From Patescibacteria group bacterium (lineage in GTDB: Bacteria; Patescibacteriota; Patescibacteriia; Buchananbacterales; UBA6539): a DNA stretch of 64,000 bases. The notes below the pieces were generated by a model, which was not told where the DNA came from, searched no databases, and saw only the letters and a program-made list of their open reading frames with translations. The stretch spans positions 1,574 through 65,573 of the forward strand of contig JAVEXP010000001.1 of the NCBI GenBank assembly GCA_034003985.1, given 5' to 3'. How positions within the stretch are numbered: the stretch's first letter is position 1; each line of letters opens with the position of its first letter. This document shows, piece by piece, positions 27,563 to 37,072 of this stretch. The position numbers and the translations under genes were made by a program.

Positions 27563-28636
27563 ATGGACAGTTCACTTAATGTTTTTTTGAACAAAGTATT
27601 GATAACTGCCGCTAAGCGCAAGGCTTCAACGGTTCATCTAACCGTTAATTCCTATCCGGCACTGAGAGTGGATGAGGAGCTGGTGGAGTTGAACGAAGAA
27701 TCAATCGTGACCGATTCATTGGTCAATGAGATCGCCAAAGCCTGGTTGACCGAGGAACAAAAGAAAATTTTGGAAGATAAAAAGGAGATCGTTGTCGCCA
27801 AGCAGATGGATAAAAAATTCAGAATGAAAGTCAGTTTCTTCTTTCAGAAAGGTTTTTTGTCGGCGAATATCAGGCTGATACCAGGCAATATTCTGCCATT
27901 GATAAATTTGGGATTGCCCAAATCAGTTTATAGTTTGACTGATCGAAAGTCGGGGTTGATTATCGTGAGCGGACCATACGGTTCGGGTAGAACCACCACC
28001 GTGGCGGCGATGCTGGAAGAAATAAACCAAAACCGGAAAGAAAATATCGTCACCATTGAAAAACCGATTGAATATATCTTTGCCAATAAAAAGAGTTTGG
28101 TTGAACAACGGGAAGTCGGCCGGGATACAAATTCGTTTACTGATGCTTTGAAGTATGTTCAAAATGCGGATATTGATATTATCAGCGTTGGGTTAACCAA
28201 TGAGCTGGAAGCCATTCCGTTAGTTTTGGAATTTGCCAGTTCGGGCCGGTTGGCTTTTTTGACCATGAATACCAATTCAGTGGCTCAGACTATTGAAGAA
28301 ATCTTGGCTTTATTCCCAGCCGATGAGCAGGATCGGGCCAGGCTACTTTTAGCCAAAGCTTTAGCCTCGATTATTGTTCAGCGGTTGGTACCTCGCGCCG
28401 GCGGCGGGTTGGCTGTCGCTACCGAGGTGTTGATTGCCACCGAAGCGGTTCAGTCTTTGATTTCCCAAAATCGGGTCAGACAAATTGAAACAATCCTTCA
28501 AAGTTCCCGTGAGGAGGGAATGATCAGCTTGGATCAGTCTTTGGCCCAGCTGGTAAAATCCGGAGAAGTTTTGATTGATCAGGCGATTGAATATGCCAAT
28601 GATCCAGCCGGTGTTAGAGCCATGGCCAAGGCTTAA
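27563..28636 (+). CDS. PilT-like retraction-ATPase paralogue with substituted catalytic motifs (probably inactive)
   Basis: 357 aa, clear PilT fold. Walker A is GPYGSGRTTT (Lys->Arg). Asp-box EKPIEY (Asp->Lys). The Walker B region DIDIISVGLTNELEA lacks the catalytic Glu of GEMRD. His box is TMNT instead of TLHT. Confidence 0.8.
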   Translation: MDSSLNVFLNKVLITAAKRKASTVHLTVNSYPALRVDEELVELNEESIVTDSLVNEIAKAWLTEEQKKILEDKKEIVVAKQMDKKFRMKVSFFFQKGFLSANIRLIPGNILPLINLGLPKSVYSLTDRKSGLIIVSGPYGSGRTTTVAAMLEEINQNRKENIVTIEKPIEYIFANKKSLVEQREVGRDTNSFTDALKYVQNADIDIISVGLTNELEAIPLVLEFASSGRLAFLTMNTNSVAQTIEEILALFPADEQDRARLLLAKALASIIVQRLVPRAGGGLAVATEVLIATEAVQSLISQNRVRQIETILQSSREEGMISLDQSLAQLVKSGEVLIDQAIEYANDPAGVRAMAKA

Positions 28637-28646
28637 TCAGTAATCT

Positions 28647-29852
28647 ATGCCTTATTTTAGATATAAAGCCACCGATGAAAGTGGGCAACAACTAGAAGGG
28701 ATGGTCCAAGGAGCAAGCGCTGATGTGGCCGCTGAAATTTTGGCGGATCGCCAGTTGACCCTGCTGTCTTTAAAAGAAGAACGAATGAGCATCAGCCAGC
28801 GTTCTTTAAAGATTTTGAACCGGGTCAAGGTAAAAGACTTGGTGGTTTTTTCGCGCCAATTGTCAGTCATTGTTTCGGCCACTATTCCCTTGGTTCAAGG
28901 TCTACGGATTTTGGTCAATCAGACTGAAAGTCCGGTTTTAAAGACCGTCATTTCCGAAGTGGCCGATGATGTCGAAGGCGGCGCCAAATTGTCGGCGGCT
29001 TTGGCCAGACACCCTAATGTGTTTGACGGTTTTTTTGTTAATATTATAAAGTCCGGCGAAACTTCTGGTAAACTTGATGAAGTGTTGAATTACTTGGCCG
29101 ATCAAAAGGAAAAGGATTATGATTTGATGTCCAAGATCAGGGGCGCAATGATTTACCCGATTTTTATTGTTGGTGGTTTGGTTGTGGTTGGTGGCTTAAT
29201 GATGATTTTTGTAATTCCGCAGTTGACTTCGGTCTTGAAAGAAACCGGGGTTGACTTACCGTTGTCGACTAAGATTTTGATCGCCGTCAGCGATTTTTTT
29301 GTCAATTTTTGGTGGCTGCTTTTATTGTTTGTTGGTTTTATCGCTGTTTTATTCCGGTTAGCGATTAAGACAAATTCCGGGCGGTGGTACTGGGATTTGT
29401 TAAAATTGCGGCTGCCGATTTTTGGCAAGATGTTCCAAGAAATTATTTTAGTCCGTTTTACCAGGAGTCTTTACACCTTGGTTACCGGCGGTGTGTCTTT
29501 GACTAAAAGTTTAGAGATTGTTTCTGATGTGGTAAGCAATTCCGTCTATCAAGAACTGATTCGGGAAACTGCAAGGGAGGTTGAAGACGGGAATTCCATG
29601 GCCTCGGTTTTTTTACAGAGCAAAGAAGTGCCGCCGATGGTTTCCCAGATGCTTAATTTGGGCGAAAAGACCGGCCGGGTGGATGAAATTTTGGAAAAAC
29701 TGGCGAATTTTTATAGCCGCGAAGTCAGTAATATGGTGGCTAACCTGGTGACTTTGCTGGAGCCTTTGATTATGATGCTTATGGGCGTGGCGGTCGGTGT
29801 TTTAGTTTCGGCAATCATTTTGCCGATGTATAATTTGGCCGCCAGTTTATAA
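28647..29852 (+). CDS. pilC: type IV pilus platform protein PilC (GspF family)
   Basis: 401 aa. Two GspF repeats, three TM helices. Confidence 0.9.
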   Translation: MPYFRYKATDESGQQLEGMVQGASADVAAEILADRQLTLLSLKEERMSISQRSLKILNRVKVKDLVVFSRQLSVIVSATIPLVQGLRILVNQTESPVLKTVISEVADDVEGGAKLSAALARHPNVFDGFFVNIIKSGETSGKLDEVLNYLADQKEKDYDLMSKIRGAMIYPIFIVGGLVVVGGLMMIFVIPQLTSVLKETGVDLPLSTKILIAVSDFFVNFWWLLLLFVGFIAVLFRLAIKTNSGRWYWDLLKLRLPIFGKMFQEIILVRFTRSLYTLVTGGVSLTKSLEIVSDVVSNSVYQELIRETAREVEDGNSMASVFLQSKEVPPMVSQMLNLGEKTGRVDEILEKLANFYSREVSNMVANLVTLLEPLIMMLMGVAVGVLVSAIILPMYNLAASL

Positions 29853-29873
29853 ATATTAACAATAGCTTGCTTT

Positions 29874-30296
29874 ATGATTAAAAACAAAAAAAATCAAAAA
29901 GGTTTTACCCTGGTTGAGCTATTGGTGGTTATTGCCATTATCGGAATTTTAGCCAGCATGTCTACGGTATCAGTCAATTTGGCCAGAGTCAGGGCTCGGG
30001 ATGCCAAACGCCAAGCCGATATTTCCCAAATTCAGCTGGCTTTATATTTGTATTTTGACGATAATTTACATTTCCCCGCAGCTGATTTACTGCCGGAAAA
30101 TGCGGTCAGTAATTGGAATTCCGTTTTGGTGCCAGCCCTAAACGGCACGGAGACAACTAAAGTTTATATGGCCTTGGTTCCTGGCGATCCGTTGAATATG
30201 GATCCTCATTTTTACGGCTATAACAGCGACGGTAAGGAATTTATTATCAGTTATTATTTGGAAAACGAAGGTCCTCGGGAGTTGCATGGCTATTAA
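29874..30296 (+). CDS. prepilin-type N-terminal cleavage/methylation domain protein (pilin)
   Basis: KGFTLVELLVVIAIIGILAS class-III signal peptide with Gly(-1) and Glu(+5). Confidence 0.8.
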   Translation: MIKNKKNQKGFTLVELLVVIAIIGILASMSTVSVNLARVRARDAKRQADISQIQLALYLYFDDNLHFPAADLLPENAVSNWNSVLVPALNGTETTKVYMALVPGDPLNMDPHFYGYNSDGKEFIISYYLENEGPRELHGY

Positions 30297-30297
30297 G

Positions 30298-30326
30298 TTG
30301 TTAAATCTGTATTTTTTTGGTATACT
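30298..30326 (+). promoter_or_regulatory. sigma-70-like promoter for pilin gene (TTGTTA-17-TGgTATACT)
   Basis: -35 TTGTTA, 17-nt spacer, extended -10 TGGTATACT. A short hairpin CGCGT-tttt-ACGCG sits in the 5' UTR near 30362-30375, before the GGAGGTGA RBS. Confidence 0.4.
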
Positions 30327-30402
30327 ATAGGCAGTTGTTGATAACTTAAAAATAAAATATCCGCGTTTTTACGCGAATCAACCTATGAAAGGAGGTGACA
30401 AA

Positions 30403-30843
30403 ATGAAAAAGAAAGGCTTTACTCTTATTGAACTGTTGGTGGTTATTGCCATCATTGGTTTATTGTCAACTTTAGCAGTCGTGGCTTTGAACTCCGCTCG
30501 AGAAAAAGCCCGGGATGCCAAGCGGGTAGCCGACATTAAGCAAATTCAGACAGCATTGGAATTGTATTACAATGACAACACCGACACCGGTTATCCTGTG
30601 GCTACTGGTACTCTTGGTTCTGGTGATTACGGTTGTTTGGGTACTGGTGGTTGGGAGGCGACTGGCGCAGATTGCGGTTCAAGTCCTTATATGGCTTTGG
30701 TGCCGACCGATCCTCAGGCATCAAGCAATTATGCTTATGAAAGCGCCGGTGGTGAAGAATATGAAATCACCTTTGTCTTGGAAGGTACAACCGGTGGATT
30801 GGATGCCGGGACTCATGTTGCTAGCGAAGCAGGCATTGAATAA
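30403..30843 (+). CDS. type IV pilin, candidate major pilin, copy A
   Basis: Start trimmed to the ATG after the RBS (MKKKGFTLIELLVVIAIIGLLSTLAVVALNSAREKARD..). Two Cys in the C-terminal region. Strong promoter and terminator. Paralogous to 37073..37537. Confidence 0.85.
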   Translation: MKKKGFTLIELLVVIAIIGLLSTLAVVALNSAREKARDAKRVADIKQIQTALELYYNDNTDTGYPVATGTLGSGDYGCLGTGGWEATGADCGSSPYMALVPTDPQASSNYAYESAGGEEYEITFVLEGTTGGLDAGTHVASEAGIE

Positions 30844-30863
30844 TTTTCAAATAGTTTAATAAA

Positions 30864-30896
30864 ACATCCGGTCCTAATTGGGGCTGGATGTTTTAT
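30864..30896 (+). terminator. rho-independent terminator after pilin A
   Basis: ACATCCGG..CTGGATGT hairpin followed by TTTTATT. Confidence 0.6.
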
Positions 30897-30922
30897 TAAA
30901 CTAAAAATGATATAATAAAATC

Positions 30923-33181
30923 ATGTATTTAGTAATAAAAAAGTTATGGCCTATAATGATTTTATTGACCTTGTCGGTCTTATTTTTTATTCCGTTTTGG
31001 GCAACCAAGACCATTCCTTATAGTGGCGACTTTACCGGCAGTGATTTGACCGAATTGAATTTGCCACTGCGTTTTATGGCTGCTTCCGCTTGGCAGGCAG
31101 GCCAAGTGCCGCTGCAAAGCAATTTGTTGGCTGCTGGTTTTCCGCTGCTGGCCGAAGGTCAGGCCGGGGTGTTTTATCCGTTAAATTTTTTGTATATATT
31201 TTTACCTTTTTGGCTGGCAATAAATATTTCACTGTTATTAAATTTTTTCTTGGCCGCCTTGTTTAGCCATTGGTATTTTCGCAGTTTGAAGGTTAGCCAG
31301 GCCGGATCGCTATTTGCCGCGATAGCTTTTAGCTTTGGCGGATTTTTTATTTTTAGATTGAAACATCTTAATTTAATAAATGCCGCGATTTGGCTGCCCT
31401 TGTTATTTTATTTGATTGAAAAATATTTTACAGCCAAGAAAAAATATTTAGTCGTTGCTTGCTGGCCGTTGGTTTTAGCTGTTCAATTTTTTGCCGGCCA
31501 TCCCCAGATTACCTATGTGACGGCAATTAGCGCGATGGTATATTTTGGTTTACGGTTATGGCAGGAAGAAGGTAATAATATAAAATCGGTAATTTTAAAG
31601 TTTGGGTTGATTTGGCTAGCGGTTGGGATTTTGGCTTTAGGGCTGAGCGCTATCCAGCTTTTGCCAACCCTGGTAAATTCCTTGGACTCCGGCCGCAGCA
31701 TCTCGCTGGACTATAGCCAAATTGTGCGTTTGGCTTATCCGGTTGCCAGTCTGGCGTTTTTTGTCAGTCCTTATATTTATGGCAACCCGGCGGAAAATAG
31801 CTTTGTTAATAATTTTCAAGCCTTTGGTGTTTTTTGGGAAAATAATATTTATTTTGGATTATTACCGTTGATTTTGGCTTTAGTGGCGATACTATTTTTA
31901 TTTGCTAAGAATAAGCTGGTCAGAATTCTGACGGTTTTTTCGCTATGCTGCTGGTTGGTAGTTTTTCAAGATTTAAGCCCGGTATTTATTATTTTATGGA
32001 AAACCTTTCCAGGGTTTGAAATGTTTAGATTTCATCAGCGTTTTTTACTGCCGATTTTATTGGTTTTGACGGCTTTAGCTGGTTTGGGGTTTGATTATTT
32101 TTGGCAAGAATTAAGAAGAATAAAACCGCGTTTTCGGATATTGGCAAAATCAAAAATGTTTTTTTCTTGGCTGCTGCCGTTGTTGTTAATTTTGGTATTA
32201 TTGGTTGATTTGTATGTAATGGCAACCCATTATTTGGGGATGGCTGATATGGATAGTTATTTTAACCAACCCGAAACGGTTAACTTTTTGAAGACTGATC
32301 AAACAAATTTTCGAATTTACAGCATTGGCTGGCCCCAAGCCTGGCAATCGGTCAATGAATTGGCGGGCGGGTGGAATAATAATCTGGCTTTGCAAACAGA
32401 ATGGCGCCAGATAGTCCCACCGAACTCAAATGTCTTTTGGGGGATTGCTTCGGCTCAGGATCGAGCTTCGCTAGAAGGCGGAATGCTGGATAGATATTCT
32501 CATTTTTTACAGAATCAGATTTTACTCCAGACTAATCAAGAGTCGGCCACCACCAGTTTGGAAATAAATAGTTCAACCTTAAATTTAATGACGCTTTATA
32601 ATGTAAAATATCTTTTAGCTTTTAAAGAGCTAAGCAATTCTAATTTAGTTTTGACTGATAGAATCAGTAACACTTTGGTTCCTTCGGTTAAGGTCTATCA
32701 AAATACCAAACAGCTGGGGTTGGCATACGGAGTGTTTAAGGTGATTGAGGCCACCAGTACCGCCGAGATGCTTAACTTAGTCTTGGATGATGATTTTGAC
32801 CCAACCGAAGAGATTGTTTTGGTTGACTTGCCGGTTAGTAAGAATAATGAAGAAGATCAGGCGACTTCAACGGTTAATATTATAAATCAGAATAATGCCG
32901 CTTATGCTTTGACGGTTGATTTTTCGGCTGACGGTTACTTATTTATCAGTCAGATTTTTGACAATGGCTGGCAGGCCAAAGTTGATGGCCGGGCGGTAAG
33001 TTTATTGCGTGCAAATTTTGCGTTTATGGCCTTGCCACTAGCCAGTGGTTATCATGAAATTGAATTAACTTATTGGCCAAAAGAATTCAGTTGGGGATTA
33101 ATATTATCCCTGGTCAGCCTGGTAGCCTTAATCGGCTGGATAGCAATATATCTTTTGTTAGTGGAGAAAAAGCATGATTAA
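30923..33181 (+). CDS. YfhO-family GT-C-type polytopic membrane glycosyltransferase (putative)
   Basis: 752 aa. More than 12 TM helices plus a C-terminal extracytoplasmic domain. N-terminal region GDFTGSDLTEL..AGQVPLQSNLLAAGFPLLAEGQAGVFYPLNFL matches the YfhO signature (D..Q..PLW..G.PL.A..Q...YP). Confidence 0.6.
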   Translation: MYLVIKKLWPIMILLTLSVLFFIPFWATKTIPYSGDFTGSDLTELNLPLRFMAASAWQAGQVPLQSNLLAAGFPLLAEGQAGVFYPLNFLYIFLPFWLAINISLLLNFFLAALFSHWYFRSLKVSQAGSLFAAIAFSFGGFFIFRLKHLNLINAAIWLPLLFYLIEKYFTAKKKYLVVACWPLVLAVQFFAGHPQITYVTAISAMVYFGLRLWQEEGNNIKSVILKFGLIWLAVGILALGLSAIQLLPTLVNSLDSGRSISLDYSQIVRLAYPVASLAFFVSPYIYGNPAENSFVNNFQAFGVFWENNIYFGLLPLILALVAILFLFAKNKLVRILTVFSLCCWLVVFQDLSPVFIILWKTFPGFEMFRFHQRFLLPILLVLTALAGLGFDYFWQELRRIKPRFRILAKSKMFFSWLLPLLLILVLLVDLYVMATHYLGMADMDSYFNQPETVNFLKTDQTNFRIYSIGWPQAWQSVNELAGGWNNNLALQTEWRQIVPPNSNVFWGIASAQDRASLEGGMLDRYSHFLQNQILLQTNQESATTSLEINSSTLNLMTLYNVKYLLAFKELSNSNLVLTDRISNTLVPSVKVYQNTKQLGLAYGVFKVIEATSTAEMLNLVLDDDFDPTEEIVLVDLPVSKNNEEDQATSTVNIINQNNAAYALTVDFSADGYLFISQIFDNGWQAKVDGRAVSLLRANFAFMALPLASGYHEIELTYWPKEFSWGLILSLVSLVALIGWIAIYLLLVEKKHD

Positions 33182-34583
33182 AGACAAAATCCATAATGTC
33201 ACCAATTTAGCTTATTTGGCAATAGCCCACATTTTAATTTTGCTGGGTTACGCTGTTAATAAAGCCTTATTTCATAATCAAACCCAGCTTTGGCTACTGT
33301 TTTTGGGCTGGGTATTTTTGCTTATTCTATTTTGGCAAAAGAAATCCGTGGTTTTTAATTTTTCATTGTCGGCTGAAAAGATTTTAATTTTGACTGGCTT
33401 GGTAAGTTTTGGTTTGTTTTATATTTTTGATGGGGGAATTGATCTGTGGTCCAAGCAAGCTTATATTAATATTGTTAAACTGAAATTTTTGGCTTTGGGA
33501 TTATTTATGCTTTATTTGGTTGAATTTAATTTTAGTCATCACGGCACCTTGTCTGTTTTGTTGAAACATCTGCAAAAAAATAAATTTTGGTATTTAGTAA
33601 TTGTAGCATTAATAATAAATTTGACGACAATATTTTATTCCCCGATCCCCAAAATTGATGTTTATTGGGTGTTTGACGGCGGGGCTCAGTCAGTTATTGA
33701 AGGCCAAAATCCTTATGCCGCGACATTTTATAATCCCTATTCGCCGCAGGCCTGTGACAAGCTATATGGCACAAGTGATTGCGAAAATAAATTTTATTCT
33801 TATTTAACTACTGCGCTGGTTGCCACAACAGCCAGCAAATGGCTGTTTGGCGACATCAGGTTTGCTTTTATAGCTTCAATTTTTGGCATGGGCTTGATTA
33901 TCTTTTTGCTTTTGAAAGAGCGCTTTAAAGAAAATCGTCAACCAATGGAGCTGCTGATTTTATTGTTGCTTTATTTGCCTTTGGGAAATTATGTACTGGA
34001 ACAAAGTTGGGTCGAAAGTTTGGCCGGGTTGGTTTTCTATTTGTTTGTTTATCTGGCCTTGTCGGGTTATCGTTATTGGCCATATTTAATTTTTGGTTTA
34101 TTTTTAGCTACCAAACAAACGATGTGGATTTTTATTCCTTTTGTATTAAAATTTCAGGGGTTGAATTATAAAAAAGTATTATTGTCGCTGGTAACTTTTT
34201 TGGTCTTGACTTTGCCGTTTTTGTTTTGGGGCGCGGCCGATTATTGGGAAGATATTTTTTTAAATCAATGGCATTATCGCGATGCCTTGCATTCATTATC
34301 TTTCAATACCTTGAATAAGCTTTTTTTCTATGATCTAATTCATTATAATTTTTGGTATTTGGGATTCTTGTCGGGGTTGTTTATTTGGTTGTGGTGGAAA
34401 ACTAAGCGTGATTGGCAATCGATTATTCAGGCAGTAGTGGTATTAATGATGGCTTTATTCATAGTTAAGCGGGGATTTGCCAATTATTATTATGGTATTT
34501 CTTTGTTTATAATATTACTGATGACCTTGGAGTTAAGAAAAATTAATTCTAATTTTGATGATCACCAAAGATCAATTGGATAA
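33174..34583 (+). CDS. polytopic integral membrane protein (GT-C/DUF2029-like?), hypothetical
   Basis: 469 aa. About 12 predicted TM helices. Overlaps both neighbours. Confidence 0.5.
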   Translation: MIKDKIHNVTNLAYLAIAHILILLGYAVNKALFHNQTQLWLLFLGWVFLLILFWQKKSVVFNFSLSAEKILILTGLVSFGLFYIFDGGIDLWSKQAYINIVKLKFLALGLFMLYLVEFNFSHHGTLSVLLKHLQKNKFWYLVIVALIINLTTIFYSPIPKIDVYWVFDGGAQSVIEGQNPYAATFYNPYSPQACDKLYGTSDCENKFYSYLTTALVATTASKWLFGDIRFAFIASIFGMGLIIFLLLKERFKENRQPMELLILLLLYLPLGNYVLEQSWVESLAGLVFYLFVYLALSGYRYWPYLIFGLFLATKQTMWIFIPFVLKFQGLNYKKVLLSLVTFLVLTLPFLFWGAADYWEDIFLNQWHYRDALHSLSFNTLNKLFFYDLIHYNFWYLGFLSGLFIWLWWKTKRDWQSIIQAVVVLMMALFIVKRGFANYYYGISLFIILLMTLELRKINSNFDDHQRSIG

Positions 34584-35136
34584 AATTCATAAAGCCGTCC
34601 CGGTTGATTATTATGAGGCCGGTTTGAAATATAATCCCTTTCAGCGTTATTGGCATAACAGAAGGTTTAAATTAGTTACGGCAAAATTAAAAGATTTGCA
34701 GTTGAAAGGTAGGATTCTTGATTTAGGTTGCCATAGCGGCGACTTAACTAATGTTATTAAAAAAGCCACAGGCAATGAAGTTTTTGGATTGGACATCTCG
34801 GAAAAATCAATTGAATATGCCAAACGGCGTTTCCCCGATATTAATTTTTACAGTGTCGATTTTCCGGCCGAAAAAATTTTTGCTGCCAGCCACTTTGAAG
34901 CGATAACCTGTTTTGATGTGATGGAACATTTGCCTGACTTGGAAGATGTTATTTGCGAGATCAGACGGATGTTGGTTTCGGGAGGATATCTGATTATGGC
35001 AATTCCCAACGAGAATTTGTTGTTTAAAATAGTTTGGTGGTGGTGGCTGAAGTTTAACGGCCGGGTGTGGGAGGATGTCCATGTCCATAATTTTCGCCAG
35101 GAAGGGTTTAAATTATTTGAGGAAAATAATTTTTAG
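34558..35136 (+). CDS. class I SAM-dependent methyltransferase
   Basis: Motif I ILDLGCHSGDLT and post-I/II motifs (LVSGGYLIMAIPN). Start trimmed to ATG (the ORF track begins at a TTG 3 nt upstream). Confidence 0.75.
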   Translation: MITKDQLDKIHKAVPVDYYEAGLKYNPFQRYWHNRRFKLVTAKLKDLQLKGRILDLGCHSGDLTNVIKKATGNEVFGLDISEKSIEYAKRRFPDINFYSVDFPAEKIFAASHFEAITCFDVMEHLPDLEDVICEIRRMLVSGGYLIMAIPNENLLFKIVWWWWLKFNGRVWEDVHVHNFRQEGFKLFEENNF

Positions 35137-35139
35137 AAT

Positions 35140-36993
35140 GTGGCACTTCATAATTTTTCAAAAAAAATAATGCCGAGGTTGAAGCAGTCAAAAATCAGCC
35201 GGAATTTTTTGTTGGGTTCGCTGGTTTTTACTTTGACGATGGCAGTTTATTTGTTTACCTTGGCGCCAACAATCACCATGGAAGATAGCGGCGAACTGGT
35301 AACGGCGGCTTATACCTTGGGAATCGCCCATCCGCCGGGATTTCCTTTGTGGGTTTTGCTTGGAAAATTATTTACTTTTATACCTTTGGGGACAATTGCT
35401 TGGCGGCTTAATTTAATGTCGGCCTTTTGGGGCGCTTTGGCCGCCGGCTTGTTTGCCGTATTAATCAATCGTTTAACCAACCGCTGGTGGTTAGGGCTGG
35501 CTTTTAGTTTGATTTTGGCTTTCAGTCCGATTTATTGGTCGCAAAGCGTCATCGCCGAGGTGTACACCCTGAATATATTTTTTGTAATTCTATCAAGTTT
35601 GTTGTTGGTAATTTGGCAAGAGAAACGCGCAGATAAATATTTATTGTGGTTTGCACTATTATTTGGTTTAAGCTTGACCAACCACACCATGATGATTTTG
35701 CTCGCCCCGGCCTTTGCTTTGTTTATCATGGTTGTTGATCATAAAATTTTTAGTAAATGGCAATTAATTCTGAAAATGTTGTTGCTGGCATTGGTTGGTT
35801 TCAGCGTTTATTTATATTTGCCTTGGCGCGCGGCAATGCATCCGGTCTTTAATTGGGGGCCGATTACTACTTGGCAGGATGTAATCGTCCATATTGCCAG
35901 AGCCCAGTATAACGATTTTGATCTGCTGGGTGCTTGGCACGGCAAAACGGGGATTATCGTATCTTTCTTTTTTACCATCTATCAAGATTTTTTTGCACCG
36001 ACGCTGTTATTGGCTGCCGCCGGACTGATTTATCTTTGGAGAAAAAACAATCCTTTGGCCATTCTGACTGCCGGAGTATTTTTAGGCAACAGTTTGGGGA
36101 TAATTTATTTAAGAAAATTCGGCTGGGGCATAGGCATTGACTACACTTATCGAGTGTATTATTTGCCGGCCTTTATGATAGTGATATTTTGGTCGGCATT
36201 AATTGTCTCTTACCTTAATGATTTGTTGGTTGATTTTTTTAAAACCAAAAAATTAATTTGGTTGAGGGCTAGTCAGTTGGTTTTTGGTTTAATGGTCGTT
36301 TCTTTGCCTCTTAGCTTTCTGACTGGTAATTACCGGGGAAATGATTTAAGCGATTTTTGGCTGAATTATGATTATGGCCGTAATCTTTTGAACAGTTTGG
36401 AGCCAAATAGCGTTTATTATTTTGCTTATGACGGTAGCCTTCACGGCGATACGGAAATTTTTACCCTGCTGTATTTGCAAATTGTCGAAGGTCAACGCCC
36501 GGATGTCTCGGTTGTTTCCGAATCAAATATTTTGAATTATCGGGTAAGAATCAAAGTTCCGCCAAGCCATTTTAAATTGGATTTTGAACAGCGGCGAGGG
36601 GAAATTTTGCACTTGCTTAATGAAGTCAAAGATCGGCCCAAATACGCTAATTTCTCGGTTGGTTCAGGTAATAACGATTTGGGGTTGTTTAGCCTGACTA
36701 ACGGCTATGCCCATAAAATTTTTGGCAATATTCAGGAAGCTACCCCATCAGCCTGGCGCCTTGACTTGGCCGCCTTGCGCGGGTTAGACCAGATTGATGA
36801 AGCCAGTCCTTACCCGGTTCGCGGCTTGGTAGCTCATTATTATTACAACTTGGCGGCGCGGTATTTAGTCGACGGCAACCAAGACAAGTCGACAGCATAT
36901 CTAATTAAAGCATTCAACCTTGATGCCGTCCCTTTCGGCCATGAATATCAGCGTTTTTTGGGTTATCGCGGGGATTGGCACGCAGCTTGGTAG
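35140..36993 (+). CDS. DUF2723-like polytopic membrane protein (GT-C/PMT-like putative glycosyltransferase)
   Basis: 617 aa, multi-TM. The conserved loop TMEDSGELVTAAYTLGIAHPPGFPLWVLLGKLF resembles the AHPPGYPL signature of the DUF2723 family. Confidence 0.55.
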   Translation: MALHNFSKKIMPRLKQSKISRNFLLGSLVFTLTMAVYLFTLAPTITMEDSGELVTAAYTLGIAHPPGFPLWVLLGKLFTFIPLGTIAWRLNLMSAFWGALAAGLFAVLINRLTNRWWLGLAFSLILAFSPIYWSQSVIAEVYTLNIFFVILSSLLLVIWQEKRADKYLLWFALLFGLSLTNHTMMILLAPAFALFIMVVDHKIFSKWQLILKMLLLALVGFSVYLYLPWRAAMHPVFNWGPITTWQDVIVHIARAQYNDFDLLGAWHGKTGIIVSFFFTIYQDFFAPTLLLAAAGLIYLWRKNNPLAILTAGVFLGNSLGIIYLRKFGWGIGIDYTYRVYYLPAFMIVIFWSALIVSYLNDLLVDFFKTKKLIWLRASQLVFGLMVVSLPLSFLTGNYRGNDLSDFWLNYDYGRNLLNSLEPNSVYYFAYDGSLHGDTEIFTLLYLQIVEGQRPDVSVVSESNILNYRVRIKVPPSHFKLDFEQRRGEILHLLNEVKDRPKYANFSVGSGNNDLGLFSLTNGYAHKIFGNIQEATPSAWRLDLAALRGLDQIDEASPYPVRGLVAHYYYNLAARYLVDGNQDKSTAYLIKAFNLDAVPFGHEYQRFLGYRGDWHAAW

Positions 36994-36996
36994 TTC

Positions 36997-37025
36997 TTGG
37001 TTAAGCTAGTGATTTCTGTTATACT
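36997..37025 (+). promoter_or_regulatory. sigma-70-like promoter for pilin B (TTGGTT-17-TATACT)
   Basis: Same architecture as the pilin A promoter. Confidence 0.35.
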
Positions 37026-37072
37026 AAAAGTAGCCTAAAATTAAAATAACTTTGGGAAAGGAGGTGGAAAAA

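Noticed and set aside
30572-30859. 95-aa ORF inside pilin A in another frame (and 37206..37442 antisense to pilin B)
   Set aside because: They are alternative-frame or antisense translations of well-supported pilin genes. They have no RBS and hydrophobic nonsense composition.
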